From positions 1-28,397 of the forward strand of contig CAYRXN010000088.1 of NCBI GenBank assembly GCA_964428275.1: 28,397 bases of DNA, read 5' to 3'. Every line of letters begins with the position of its first letter. The stretch's first letter is position 1. The DNA comes from an uncultured Planctomycetales bacterium. GTDB taxonomy: Bacteria; Planctomycetota; Phycisphaerae; UBA1845; Fen-1342. Shown here piece after piece: positions 13,928-23,315 of the stretch. The notes beneath the pieces were generated by a model. It ran no database searches and was not told the origin of the DNA. It worked only from the letters and a program-made list of their open reading frames with translations. A program made the position numbers and the translations under genes.

Positions 13928-15823
13928 CTATTTCGGATAGCCGATGGCCTTCAGGGCGGTCGTGATTTCGTCGAGAATCGTGGGGTCGTCGATCGTCGCG
14001 GGCATGCGCCACTCGTTGCCGTCGGCGATTTTCTTGATGGTGCCGCGGAGGATCTTGCCGCTGCGGGTCTTGGGCAGCCGATCGACGACGATGGCCGTCT
14101 TGAACGCGGCGACCGGACCGATCTTGTTTCGCACCGCCTGGATCAACTCCTTGACGATCTCGTCGTGCGGGCGATCGACCCCGGCCTTGAGCACCACGAA
14201 CCCGACCGGGATTTCGCCCTTGAGCGCATCGGCCACGCCGACCACGGCACACTCGGCCACGTCCGGGTGGCCCGCGAGCACCTCCTCCATCCCGCCGGTC
14301 GAGAGCCGGTGGCCGGCGACGTTAATGATGTCGTCGGTGCGGGCCATGATGTACAGATAGCCGTCTTCGTCCCGGTAGCCGGCGTCGGCGGTCGTGTAGT
14401 AACCCGGAAACTCGCTCAGATACGAGGACACGAAGCCCTCGTCGTTGTTCCACAGCGTCGGCAAACAGCCCGGCGGCAGCGGCAGCTTGACGGCGATGCT
14501 GCCGATCCTGCCCGGCTCCAGCTCGTGGCCGGCGTCGTCGAGAATCCGCACGTCGTAGCCCGGAGCGGCCTTGGTCGGCGAGCCCGGTTTGACCGGCAGC
14601 GGCTCGATGCCGAGGCAGTTGGCCGCGATCGCCCAGGCCGTCTCCGTCTGCCACCAGTGGTCGATCACCGGGACGCCGAGCAGGTTCTCCGCCCATTGCA
14701 GCGTATCCGGGTCGCAGCGTTCGCCGGCGAGGAAAAGCGCCCGCAGGCACGAGAGGTCGTACTTTCTCGCGTACTGGCCGCCGGGGTCTTCGCGTTTGAT
14801 GGCCCGGAACGCGGTCGGCGCCGTGAAGAGCACTTTGACGCCATGCTGCGAGATTACCCGCCAGAACGCGCCGGGATCGGGCGTGCCGACCGGCTTGCCC
14901 TCGTAGAGGATCGTCGTGCAGCCGTGCAGCAGCGGGGCGTAGACGATGTACGAATGGCCGACGACCCAGCCGATGTCCGACGCCGCCCAGTACACGTCGC
15001 CCGGCTCGACGTTGTAGATGTGCTTCATCGTCCATTTCATCGCGACGGCGTGTCCGCCGTGGTCGCGGACGACGCCCTTCGGGACGCCGGTAGTGCCGGA
15101 GGTGTAGAGGATGTAGAGCGGATCGGTGGCCGCGACCGAGACGCAATCGACCGCCTCGGCGGCTTCGAGCGCCGCAGCGAAGTCGAGATCGCGGCCGGCG
15201 ACGAGTTCGGCCGTCACCTGCGGGCGCTGGAGGATGATGCACTTCTCGGGCTTGGCGGCGGCCATGCGGATCGCTTCGTCGAGCAGCGGCTTGTAAGCGA
15301 TGATCTTCTTGCCCTCGATGCCGCACGAGGCCGAGACGATCACGCGCGGCCGGGCGTCGTCGATGCGCGTCGCGAGTTCCCGGGCCGCGAAGCCGCCGAA
15401 GACGACCGAATGGACCGCGCCGATGCGTGCGCAGGCGAGCATGGTCATGACGGCCTCGGGGACCATCGGCATGTAGACGATGACGCGGTCGCCCTTTTCG
15501 ACGCCGGCGGCGCGCAGCATTCCGGCGATGTGCGCGACTTTGTCGCGCAACTGGCGGTAGGTGTACGTTCTTGTCGTATCGGTGACCGGGCTGTCGTAGA
15601 CCAGGGCGGGCTGATCGGCGCGGCCTTCGTCCACGTGGCGGTCGAGGGCGTTGTAACAGGTGTTGAGCATGCCGCCGGCGAACCAGCGGAAGAAGGGCGG
15701 GTTCGAGTCGTCCAGGACGCGCTCCCACTTCCTGTCCCAGCGGATCGCTTCGGCGGCCTCGGCCCAGAAGCCTTCGCGATCGTCGATGGAGCGGCGATAG
15801 ACGGATTCGTAGGTCTGGCTCAT
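13928..15823 (-). CDS. prpE: Propionate--CoA ligase-like acyl-CoA synthetase (Acs/PrpE family, AMP-forming), 631 aa
   Basis: Frame of ORF 13928..15979(-). Start placed at ATG 15823 (MSQTYESVYRRSIDDREGFWAEAA), which has SD GGGAGG 7 nt upstream. Strong similarity in motif order to PrpE/Acs: YMPMVPEAVMTMLACARIGAVHSVVFGGFA, YTSGTTGVPKG, WQTETAW, ARTDDIINVAGHRLSTGGMEE, LPKTRSGKILR. Confidence 0.9.
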   Translation of the reverse strand: MSQTYESVYRRSIDDREGFWAEAAEAIRWDRKWERVLDDSNPPFFRWFAGGMLNTCYNALDRHVDEGRADQPALVYDSPVTDTTRTYTYRQLRDKVAHIAGMLRAAGVEKGDRVIVYMPMVPEAVMTMLACARIGAVHSVVFGGFAARELATRIDDARPRVIVSASCGIEGKKIIAYKPLLDEAIRMAAAKPEKCIILQRPQVTAELVAGRDLDFAAALEAAEAVDCVSVAATDPLYILYTSGTTGVPKGVVRDHGGHAVAMKWTMKHIYNVEPGDVYWAASDIGWVVGHSYIVYAPLLHGCTTILYEGKPVGTPDPGAFWRVISQHGVKVLFTAPTAFRAIKREDPGGQYARKYDLSCLRALFLAGERCDPDTLQWAENLLGVPVIDHWWQTETAWAIAANCLGIEPLPVKPGSPTKAAPGYDVRILDDAGHELEPGRIGSIAVKLPLPPGCLPTLWNNDEGFVSSYLSEFPGYYTTADAGYRDEDGYLYIMARTDDIINVAGHRLSTGGMEEVLAGHPDVAECAVVGVADALKGEIPVGFVVLKAGVDRPHDEIVKELIQAVRNKIGPVAAFKTAIVVDRLPKTRSGKILRGTIKKIADGNEWRMPATIDDPTILDEITTALKAIGYPK

Positions 15824-15918
15824 GGCGGTGCCTCCCGGGTGGTAAGGGTGATCGCCATTGTAGTCGAGGGCCCACCCGCCGCCGAGTGCGGCCGGGCGTT
15901 CGAAAGATTCGCCGGCGC

Positions 15919-15924
15919 TATAAT
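15919..15924 (+). promoter_or_regulatory. Perfect TATAAT hexamer in the prpE-sppA divergent region (candidate -10 for sppA, ~190 nt upstream)
   Basis: ggcgcTATAATgtcgcc read directly. No good -35 is seen. Confidence 0.25.
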
Positions 15925-16114
15925 GTCGCCGCGAGCGGAGGGCGGGTAGGATGCGTACTCCGGGGCCGGCGAGCCGCACCCGGAAGCAACTTTTCCGACC
16001 GTTGCGGGAATAAAGGACAAGCCGCCGCGAATATCAATCCGACTGCCCGCCTCCGCGGCGTGCGGCGGCGGACAGACACGTGCGAGCAAACTCGACATCC
16101 AAGGGAGACACACG

Positions 16115-17956
16115 ATGAGGTACCTGAGAGCGAAACGATTCTCCTGGCTCCTGCTGGCCCTGGGCGCCCTGCTGGGCTGGCCCCAGGCGGGCCTGGCGGC
16201 CGGCAAGGTGCTGCGGGTGCGCTTCGACGGCCCGGTCATGGAGAAACCCGACGAGAACGCCCAGTTCTTCGCGCTGCTCGGCGGCAGCCAGGCCCGCTCG
16301 CTGCGGGGCTGGGTCAAGACGATCGAGAAGGCCGCCGAAGACGAAGAGGTGCGCGGCATCGCCATGATCATCGAGCGGCCGCAGATGGGTTTCGCCCAGT
16401 TGCAGGAAGTCACGCAGGCGCTGCGCGCGTTCCGCAAGAGCGGCAAGAAGATCTACTGCTACATGGACTACGCCTCCAACGGCACCTACGCGCTGGCCTG
16501 CGCTGCCGACTCGATCACGATCGCCGAGAACAGTGAACTGGGCATCGTCGGCCTCCACGCCGAGCTCTCGTATTACAAGAACCTGCTCGACAAGATCGGC
16601 GTCCAGGCCCAGCTGCTGCACTGCGGCGCGTACAAAAGCGCGCTGGAGCCGTTCACCCGCACCGGCCCGAGCAAGGAAGCCGCCGAGAACATCGACTGGC
16701 TGCTCGACGGCATCTACGACGCGTGGATCGGCCTGATCGCCGAGGGGCGCGGACTGTCGCCGGAGAAGGTCAAGGCCCTCGTGGACGCCGCGCCGCTTCC
16801 GGCGGCCGAAGCGCTCAAGGCCGGGCTGGTCGATCACGTCGGATCGTTTCTGGACTTCAAGCAGATGGTCCGCAAGGAGTTCGGCAAGGACGTCGAGATC
16901 GTCAAGAAGCTCGGCGACGACGAAGGCATGAAGATCGACTTCAACAACCCCTTCGCGTTCTTCCAGATGCTCGGCGAGATGCTCCAGCCCAAGGACGAGC
17001 CGCGCAAACCCGGCATCGCCCTGGTCTATATCGACGGTGGGATCACGATGGGCAAGAGCGACCAGAGCCCCTTCGGCGGCTCGTCCAGCGTCGGCAGCAC
17101 CACGATCCGCGCCGCGTTCGAGAAGGCCCGGCTCGACGACGCCGTCAAGGCCGTCGTGGTGCGCGTCAATTCGCCCGGCGGATCGGCGCTGGCCAGCGAT
17201 ATCATCTGGAAGGCCGCCCGGCGCTGCGCCAAGGAAAAACCCCTCATCGCGAGCATGGGCAACGTCGCCGGCAGCGGCGGCTACTACGTCTCCATCCCCG
17301 CCGACGTGATCTTCGCCGACGAAGCGACGATCACCGCCTCGATCGGCGTGGTCGGCGGCAAGTTCATCTGGCGCGAGCTGATGGAGGACAAGCTGGGCAT
17401 CACCACGGCGATTTTCGACCGCGGCAAGCACGCCGGCCTTTCCAGCATGAACCGTCCCTGGAACGACGAGGAGCGCGAGTTCATCCGCAAGTACATGGTC
17501 CAGGTCTACGAGCAGTTCAAGGGCCGCGTCATGGAATCGCGCGGCGACCGCCTCAAGGGCAAGCTCGAAGACATGGCCGGCGGCCGGGTCTTCACCGGCA
17601 AGCAGGCCCTCGAGCTGGGGCTGATCGACGAACTCGGCACGCTCGAAGACGCCATCGCCTACGCCGTCAAGAAGGCCGACCTGGGCGAGTCATACGAGGT
17701 CTACGTGCTGCCCGAGGCGAAAAACCCCTTCGAGGAGATCATCGCGTCGATGACCGGGCAGGAGCAGAAAGACGAGTGGGAGATGTCCACCCGGCAGTTC
17801 GTCACGTCGGACCCGCTGCTGCGCGTCGCCGCCCCCCTGCTGCGCCGCCTCAGTCCGGTTCGGGCCGCGCAGCTCGCCGACGCCCTGGAAAACCTCGTGA
17901 TGCTCAGCCGCGAACGCGTCGGCTGCTTCATGCCGTTTGATCTGACGATTCGCTGA
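16115..17956 (+). CDS. sppA: Signal peptide peptidase SppA (protease IV), 67K type with two S49 domains
   Basis: ORF 16115..17956(+), 613 aa. SD AAGGGAGA lies upstream of the ATG. N-terminal signal/anchor MRYLRAKRFSWLLLALGALLG. Two ClpP/crotonase-like S49 repeats, with the catalytic Ser context ...VASMGNVAGSGGYYVS... and the Lys dyad region. Confidence 0.9.
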   Translation: MRYLRAKRFSWLLLALGALLGWPQAGLAAGKVLRVRFDGPVMEKPDENAQFFALLGGSQARSLRGWVKTIEKAAEDEEVRGIAMIIERPQMGFAQLQEVTQALRAFRKSGKKIYCYMDYASNGTYALACAADSITIAENSELGIVGLHAELSYYKNLLDKIGVQAQLLHCGAYKSALEPFTRTGPSKEAAENIDWLLDGIYDAWIGLIAEGRGLSPEKVKALVDAAPLPAAEALKAGLVDHVGSFLDFKQMVRKEFGKDVEIVKKLGDDEGMKIDFNNPFAFFQMLGEMLQPKDEPRKPGIALVYIDGGITMGKSDQSPFGGSSSVGSTTIRAAFEKARLDDAVKAVVVRVNSPGGSALASDIIWKAARRCAKEKPLIASMGNVAGSGGYYVSIPADVIFADEATITASIGVVGGKFIWRELMEDKLGITTAIFDRGKHAGLSSMNRPWNDEEREFIRKYMVQVYEQFKGRVMESRGDRLKGKLEDMAGGRVFTGKQALELGLIDELGTLEDAIAYAVKKADLGESYEVYVLPEAKNPFEEIIASMTGQEQKDEWEMSTRQFVTSDPLLRVAAPLLRRLSPVRAAQLADALENLVMLSRERVGCFMPFDLTIR

Positions 17957-18018
17957 CGCGCGGCGAGACGCGGCGAACGATCCGCGCGAGGTTACGCAAC
18001 GACGGCCCGGCCGGCGTT

Positions 18019-18064
18019 CGTCGCGTCTTTCCCGCGACGGACGCCGGCTTCCTGCGCGGCGTCC
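18019..18064. terminator. Two adjacent GC hairpins between convergent sppA and thrC (candidate bidirectional terminator)
   Basis: cgtcgcg-tctttcc-cgcgacg and ggacgccg-gcttcctgcg-cggcgtcc read directly. Confidence 0.4.
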
Positions 18065-19453
18065 TCAGCCAAGGTGCGCGCACAGCCAGTCGCGGAACGC
18101 GGCGTAGTCGGCGGGCAGACGATCGCAGGATTCCGGCTTGTGTTCGAGGCCGGCCAGCGTGGGCGGCACCTCGGGCTCGACGCCGGTCGCGGCCCGGACC
18201 TCGTCCGGGAACTTGGCCGGGTGGGCCGTTTCGATACAGACCGCCAACGGCTCGTTCTGCCCTGCACACGCTTCCCGGTAGCGTTCCAGCCCGGCCCAGC
18301 CGACCGCGCCGTGGGGTTCGAGCACGGTCCCGTAGCGCTCGTACGCCGCGCGAATCGTGGCGCGCGTCTGCTCGTCGGAAATGCTGACGGCGTAGAGGTC
18401 GCGGCGCATCGCGTCGAGATCGGGCGGCTGATGGATGCGGCCGGTCTCGTCCATGTGCCCGCCGTAGACGTCCACGAGACGGGCCAGGTTGGACGGGTGG
18501 CCGACGTTCATGGCGTTTGAGATGCAGACGCGCGAGGGTACGATCGGCGCGTACTGCCCGGTGGCGAGGAAGCGCGGCACCTCGTCGTTGGCGTTGGTCG
18601 CGACGACGATCCGCTCGATCGGCAGCCCCATCTGCCGCGCGATGACCGCGCCCATCATGTCGCCGAAGTTCCCCGACGGCACGCAGAACGTGATCGGCTC
18701 GCCCGCGGCAACGTCGGCGAGGTTGACGTAGGCGTAGACGTAGTAGACCGACTGCGGCAGCAGCCGGCCGATGTTGATCGAGTTGGCCGATGTGAGCCGG
18801 ACATGGGCGAGGTCCGGGTCGGCGAACGCGCGCTTGACCATCGCCTGGCAGTCGTCGAACTTGCCATCGACGCCGATCACCGACACGTTGCCGCCGATGG
18901 TGGTCATCTGCCGCCGCTGCCGCTCGGAGACCTCCTCGGGCGGGAACAGCACGACCACCCGCACGCGTTCGACGCCGTGGTAGGCGCAGGCGACGGCGCT
19001 GCCGGTGTCGCCGGAGGTCGCGGTGAGGATCGTCAACGCGCCGGCCTGATCGCGCATCAGGCGGCCCATCCAGCGGGCCATCATGCGGGCGGCGAAGTCC
19101 TTGAACGACGCGGTCGGCCCGCGATCGAGCCGCATGAGATGCTGCCGGCCGGTGACGTTTTCGAGCGGCACCGCGAAGTCGTAGGCATCGCGGCACAGGG
19201 CGGCGAGCGTCTCCGCGTCGAACACGCCCGCCGTGAAGCGACGCAGAACGGCAAACGCGACTTCGTGATACGGCCGCCCGGCAAGCCCGGCGAGCTCCGC
19301 CCGATCCAGCGCCGGATAGCGTTCGGGCATGTAGAGCCCCCGGTCCGGGGCCTGCCCCTGGAGCAGCGCTGCATCCAGCGTGACGCGCGGCGCGCGGCGG
19401 TTGGTGCTGCGATAGCGGATCGGCTCATCGTCTTTCGGCGATCGGGGCGACAA
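18065..19453 (-). CDS. thrC: Threonine synthase (PLP-dependent, long form)
   Basis: Frame of ORF 18065..19636(-). PLP-lysine motif RGPTASFKDFAA, plus TATSGDTGSAVA and GNFGD. The N-terminus LQGQAPDRGLYMPERYP aligns with E. coli ThrC QGLGKNQGLFFP. Start assigned to TTG 19453 (GGAGGAG SD, 7-nt spacer). The alternatives are GTG 19456 and the far-upstream ATG 19636, which lacks an SD. Confidence 0.88.
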   Translation of the reverse strand: MSPRSPKDDEPIRYRSTNRRAPRVTLDAALLQGQAPDRGLYMPERYPALDRAELAGLAGRPYHEVAFAVLRRFTAGVFDAETLAALCRDAYDFAVPLENVTGRQHLMRLDRGPTASFKDFAARMMARWMGRLMRDQAGALTILTATSGDTGSAVACAYHGVERVRVVVLFPPEEVSERQRRQMTTIGGNVSVIGVDGKFDDCQAMVKRAFADPDLAHVRLTSANSINIGRLLPQSVYYVYAYVNLADVAAGEPITFCVPSGNFGDMMGAVIARQMGLPIERIVVATNANDEVPRFLATGQYAPIVPSRVCISNAMNVGHPSNLARLVDVYGGHMDETGRIHQPPDLDAMRRDLYAVSISDEQTRATIRAAYERYGTVLEPHGAVGWAGLERYREACAGQNEPLAVCIETAHPAKFPDEVRAATGVEPEVPPTLAGLEHKPESCDRLPADYAAFRDWLCAHLG

Positions 19454-19515
19454 CACGTCTCCTCCATCAGGGTCCAGACAGTCCGCGAGGTTCGCAACCA
19501 GGAACCACTGCGTGC

Positions 19516-19521
19516 ATTCTA
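19516..19521 (-). promoter_or_regulatory. Candidate thrC -10 element TAGAAT (CATAGAATGCAC)
   Basis: RC of attcta, about 63 nt upstream of the thrC start. It shares ATAGAAT with the 7202 and 22323 sites. Confidence 0.3.
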
Positions 19522-19846
19522 TGACCGCGCGCGCCGCGGGCACAGTCGAGCGACTGCACGCCGGGGTTGGTGGTGTAACGGCAGTTCGCAGCGCCCCTCG
19601 TTCCGCGGACGCCAGCGGCCCTCGGCTGGCCTTCAAGCCCGGGCACGTGAGAAACCAAGAAAAGGTCGAGAGGATGGCGCTGGCGTCTCGCCCGCAAGTT
19701 GGCAGGGTGGCACAGGCGTCCCGCCTGCGACCAACCCGCCCGTGGCACGGTCTTGAACCGGTGGAAACCGCTCAGCGAATGCGGCGGTCCGGGCGAGCCG
19801 GGGTTGCTGCGAAGTTCGGTCACACCTGTCCGGGCAATGCCCCCGG

Positions 19847-22264
19847 TTACTCGGGTTTGCCGAGGAAGATCGCCTGCTGGTCGTCGGCCGTGTTCTCGTC
19901 GCCGTCGGCGCCGCGCGAACCGGCGCGGAAGACGAACTGATCGAGGTTGTTGATCGCGCCCGAGAGCCCCGGCCGGTTGGTTTCGGGCCGGAATACGATC
20001 GTGCCGGCGCGATCGAGCTCATCTGGGCCGCGCTGGGCCGTCGGAAAGATGGCGTCGATCGTGTCGAGGCCGGTCGGGTCGGCGCTGTCGATCACCATCA
20101 GCAGGCGCTGCCCGGTCCAGAACACGATTCCGCCCGCTTCGTCGGCGCCGGTCCGTTTGAACCGCAGCAGCGCCCGGTCCAGGTCGTTGATCGCGCCGCC
20201 GAAAGGCAGCCAGGTGACGTCGGCGCCGACCAGGCCCGCGGGCAGCGTCGTCGCGAGGCTGAACGCGGTGCGGTCGTCGCCGAGAATGGGTGTCCCGTCG
20301 GCCAGGTAGATCGCCCGGCCGTCGTCGTTGATACCCGAGAGCAGGTCGGTGGGATCGGCATCGTTGAGCGTGTGGAATTCGCTCCAGGCGCTGCCGTCCC
20401 AGCGCAGGATGGTTTCGTGCGTCTGCTCGTTGGCCGTCAGCGTGGTTTCGACCGCGATATGGCCGTTGCGGCTGATGGCGAAAGCGTCGTAGTTCTTGCC
20501 GAGCTCGCCCACCTGGGTACCGAGCGCGAGACCGGGATAGTTGCGGCCGGGGGCGTTGTCGATCACGCGGCTCAGCTCGCCGTCGCGGAGCCGATAGATG
20601 CCGCGGTTGCCCGCGTCAGAGGCATAGGAACTCTGGAACAGGAACTCGCCGCGCGCGTTGTTCGTGGTAATCAGGACGGGCTTGTCCTGGAAGAACGCGA
20701 ACGAGGGCTGCTCGGGGACCGAACCCGGTACCGCGGGCTCGGCGACCTGCCAGGTGGTGTGGCCGTCGGTTGCGAAGATACCGCGCTGGAACAGGGCGAA
20801 CGAGCCGTTCTCGCGGAAATAGCTGTAACGATTCGAGAAGATCGCGATCCCGCCGTCGCTGAGCCCCGGGTGATAGAAGTCCGGGATGAAATCGGCGGTC
20901 GAATCGGGGACGGCGGCGCGCACCAGCTCCGCGCTGGAAACCAGCAGCAGGTCGCCGTCGCTGACGCGCCAGCGGAACACGGCGTTGGCCTGCGGCATGT
21001 TGTTGACGCTGGTGCAGAACAACAGCCGGCCGTTGCCGCCCCAGGCGAGGTGTTGCGAGCCGGTGTCCCAGCGGATGGTGAAGCGGCCGAAGTGCGCGTT
21101 GTCGTCGAAGCCGGGCACGGTGCCGGTTTGCGTCGGGTCGTCGTCGATGACGCGTTCGAGCTGACCGTCGTGCCAGACGTAGAGCCCGCCGGTCCCGTGG
21201 CCGCCGGTGTAGGCGGCGTAGAACGCCACGCGCCCCTCGTCGTCGATCACGGGATTGCCAAAATACGTAAACGTGGCGCCGTCCTGGCCGGGAACGGCAT
21301 CGCCGGTCTGGACGATCGGCGTCACGGCGATCGCCGCGGGCGGACCGTTGTCCGCGGGCTCTCCGCCGTCGTCGCCGGAGCCGTCCCCCGAACCCGAGTC
21401 GGCCCCGGAGTCATCGCCCGCGCCCGAGTCGTCGCCGGAGCCCGAACCCGAATCCCCGGAACCACCGTCGCCGCCCGAACCGGAGTCCGCGTTGTCGCCG
21501 CTGCCGGAGCCGGAATCGTTGTCGCCGGCGCCGGAGTTATCGCCGTCGGAGCCGCTGCTGTCATCGCCTCCGCTGCCGCCGTTGGAACCGCCGCCGGCGT
21601 TGCCCGTATCGGGCGGCACGAAGTCGCCGGCATTGCCGCTGGTCACGCGGATCATCACGTCGATCGGCGTCGAGGGCACGGCCAGATCGGGGAAGTTGGC
21701 GTAGAGCAGGTCGGCCGCGGGTGGATCGAGCGGCGGTTCGCCGGAGAGCACGTAGAACCAGAGGATCATCGCTTCGGCGAACGTGCGGTGGCCGAGGGCC
21801 TCGCGGAGCATCTCGCGGCTGACGGGTTGCTGAGCGAGGATCGTAAACCGCCAGGTGCCGGCGGTGTCGGTCGTGCCGACGAAGCGCACCCCCACGGTGC
21901 CGTCGCCGAGCGGGCGGCGCTCGACGCGCAGCCGGCCGTCCGTCGAGCGGGTCTCGGCACCGGGGTAGGTCTTCAGTTCGTGGCCGTCGGGGGCGACGAC
22001 GCTTCCGATCCCGAGGATCGCCGGCGACTTGGGCAGCACCACGACCTCGAGATCCTGCCCCGCCTGGGCCGCGACCTCGAAGGTCTGAAAGGTTCCCGCG
22101 GGGAGGCGCGCTTCGGACTCGCCGGTGGCCAGCGTTTTGTTCTGGGCATGATCCGCCGACGGGTCGCTTCCCACGAATTCCGGGCCGCAGCCGCCGAGAT
22201 TCAGCGTGCCAAGCGCAGACAGGGCCAGCAGGATCGCCGTTGCAGAGATGGGCGCGGGTCGCAA
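19847..22264 (-). CDS. Large lipoprotein: lipobox signal (…LSALGTLNLGG-C), N-terminal domain, ~75-aa Asp/Gly/Ser-rich low-complexity linker, and a C-terminal domain with recurring G-Φ-x-F/Y beta-strand repeats (beta-propeller-like); function unknown
   Basis: Frame of ORF 19847..22303(-). The ORF-track 'M' at 22303 is a GTG without SD. Start assigned to TTG 22264, preceded by SD GGAGAGGA with a 7-nt spacer, giving MRPAPISATAILLALSALGTLNLGGCG. Linker: SGSDGDNSGAGDNDSGSGSGDNADSGSGGDGGSGDSGSGSGDDSGAGDDSGADSGSGDGSGDDGG. Repeats: GRVAFYAAYTGG, GIAIFSNRYS, GEFLFQSSYA, GHIAVETT, GIVFWTGQ, GTIVFRPET. Confidence 0.7.
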   Translation of the reverse strand: MRPAPISATAILLALSALGTLNLGGCGPEFVGSDPSADHAQNKTLATGESEARLPAGTFQTFEVAAQAGQDLEVVVLPKSPAILGIGSVVAPDGHELKTYPGAETRSTDGRLRVERRPLGDGTVGVRFVGTTDTAGTWRFTILAQQPVSREMLREALGHRTFAEAMILWFYVLSGEPPLDPPAADLLYANFPDLAVPSTPIDVMIRVTSGNAGDFVPPDTGNAGGGSNGGSGGDDSSGSDGDNSGAGDNDSGSGSGDNADSGSGGDGGSGDSGSGSGDDSGAGDDSGADSGSGDGSGDDGGEPADNGPPAAIAVTPIVQTGDAVPGQDGATFTYFGNPVIDDEGRVAFYAAYTGGHGTGGLYVWHDGQLERVIDDDPTQTGTVPGFDDNAHFGRFTIRWDTGSQHLAWGGNGRLLFCTSVNNMPQANAVFRWRVSDGDLLLVSSAELVRAAVPDSTADFIPDFYHPGLSDGGIAIFSNRYSYFRENGSFALFQRGIFATDGHTTWQVAEPAVPGSVPEQPSFAFFQDKPVLITTNNARGEFLFQSSYASDAGNRGIYRLRDGELSRVIDNAPGRNYPGLALGTQVGELGKNYDAFAISRNGHIAVETTLTANEQTHETILRWDGSAWSEFHTLNDADPTDLLSGINDDGRAIYLADGTPILGDDRTAFSLATTLPAGLVGADVTWLPFGGAINDLDRALLRFKRTGADEAGGIVFWTGQRLLMVIDSADPTGLDTIDAIFPTAQRGPDELDRAGTIVFRPETNRPGLSGAINNLDQFVFRAGSRGADGDENTADDQQAIFLGKPE

Positions 22265-22325
22265 ATCGAAATCCTCTCCAGGCAACCAGGTTGGTCGGGG
22301 CACACGCCGGCGGCTACCCTCGGTG

Positions 22326-22331
22326 ATTCTA
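22326..22331 (-). promoter_or_regulatory. Candidate -10 element TAGAAT (motif GATAGAATCAC) of the lipoprotein gene, ~62 nt upstream of its start; a possible -35 TGACCG sits at an 18-nt spacing
   Basis: RC of gtgattctatc (22323-22333). Confidence 0.35.
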
Positions 22332-22520
22332 TCGGTTTTCCGCGTGTCCCGGTCAGTTCCCTCAACCGTTTACAGACCGGCGTGACAAGCCCCCGCAGCG
22401 GGGCACCGCCCGCCCATCTTGCCGAGGCGCTGCGGCACGGGATTCTAGGCCGGCGGCGACGCACCCGGTCCGCATTCAGGCAGGCGGCCGCAACGGCCCG
22501 ATAAACTCTCCGGCCTGCGA

Positions 22521-23282
22521 TCACTCGTTGCGAACCAGGATCTGGACCAGTCCGACCACGCCGCTGACCAGCAGCGAAACCAGCAGGAGGAACAACAGCA
22601 TCCCCACCGCGAAACTGAGCACCGGCCAGGCCGAATCGACCGCATCTTCGACCGCCGGCAGCAGATGCCCCAGCACGGCGATCAGCACGCCGAACAGGGC
22701 GATGGCGCCGACGGCGCCGCGCCGGTTGCCCTCGATCGGCGTCATGCGCACGGTGAGGCACACCGCGAGATAGAGGAACGCCACGTTCATCCACTGCGTC
22801 AGATCGCTGCGCAGGATCGTGTTGAGCACTTCCTCGCTGACTTTGAGCACGTCGTGCAGAAGCCCCCACACGCCCGAGAGCGTCAGCGGCAGCTTGAGCG
22901 GCACCGACCACATCCCCCCTTCGGTCGCGTAGCGTCCGAGAATCCCCTGCCCCAGGAACCGGGCCGCGAGGTAGAGACAGCCGGCGCAGGCCCCCAGCGG
23001 CAGCAACCCGACGAGAACCGCGCCGAGCACCGGGATGTTGTGTTTCTCGGGTGTCTCGGAGGTCGGCTCGCCTTTCTCGTCGTCCCCCATGAGCCGCGTG
23101 TTGCTCACCGCGTTGCCGGTGACGAGCAACCCGAGCACGTGGCCCAATTGGGCCACGAGCGTCCCCGGCAGGAGCACGGCGTTCACGACGCGCGGCTTGA
23201 CCAGCCGGCTCCAGAGCCCGTGGACGCCCCAGGCCGAGAACACGATCACCAGCAACCAGAACGTCAGAGCGGCATAGAGCAT
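22521..23282 (-). CDS. Hypothetical polytopic integral membrane protein (253 aa)
   Basis: ORF 22521..23282(-). SD GAGGG lies 7 nt upstream of the ATG. Multiple hydrophobic helices: LTFWLLVIVFSAWGV, VLGAVLVGLLPLGA, AIALFGVLIAVLG, VGMLLFLLLVSLLVSGVVGLV. No recognisable catalytic motifs. Confidence 0.65.
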   Translation of the reverse strand: MLYAALTFWLLVIVFSAWGVHGLWSRLVKPRVVNAVLLPGTLVAQLGHVLGLLVTGNAVSNTRLMGDDEKGEPTSETPEKHNIPVLGAVLVGLLPLGACAGCLYLAARFLGQGILGRYATEGGMWSVPLKLPLTLSGVWGLLHDVLKVSEEVLNTILRSDLTQWMNVAFLYLAVCLTVRMTPIEGNRRGAVGAIALFGVLIAVLGHLLPAVEDAVDSAWPVLSFAVGMLLFLLLVSLLVSGVVGLVQILVRNE

Positions 23283-23296
23283 GATCCGACCCTCGC

Positions 23297-23315
23297 ATCG
23301 CGCGCTGCGCGCGAT
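23297..23315. promoter_or_regulatory. Perfect 9-bp inverted repeat with 1-nt spacer (ATCGCGCGC-T-GCGCGCGAT) immediately upstream of the SD of the 22521-23282 gene, within the region divergent to the uvrA-like gene; candidate operator or 5'-UTR hairpin
   Basis: Direct reading at 23297-23315. Confidence 0.4.

Noticed and set aside
19457-19636. The upstream in-frame ATG (19636) as the thrC start, and the GTG at 22303 as the lipoprotein start. Both are the 'M' positions in the ORF track.
   Set aside because: Neither has an SD. Downstream starts (TTG 19453 with GGAGGAG; TTG 22264 with GGAGAGGA) have ideal SD spacing and give N-termini matching family expectations: ThrC alignment and a lipoprotein signal peptide. 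The candidate -10 elements also lie downstream of or too close to the long-ORF starts.
19560-19650. A stretch upstream of thrC (ggggttggtggtgtaacggcagttcgcagcgcccc...) that superficially resembled a tRNA 5' half.
   Set aside because: It has no T-loop (GTTCRANYC) or acceptor complementarity, and it is not tRNA-like on either strand.
19674-19940. Plus-strand ORF with an SD-like AAAAGG...GAGAGG directly before the ATG (part of track ORF 19512..19940).
   Set aside because: It overlaps the 3' end of the strongly supported lipoprotein gene on the opposite strand. The product is Arg/Pro-rich with no features. It is likely a shadow frame.
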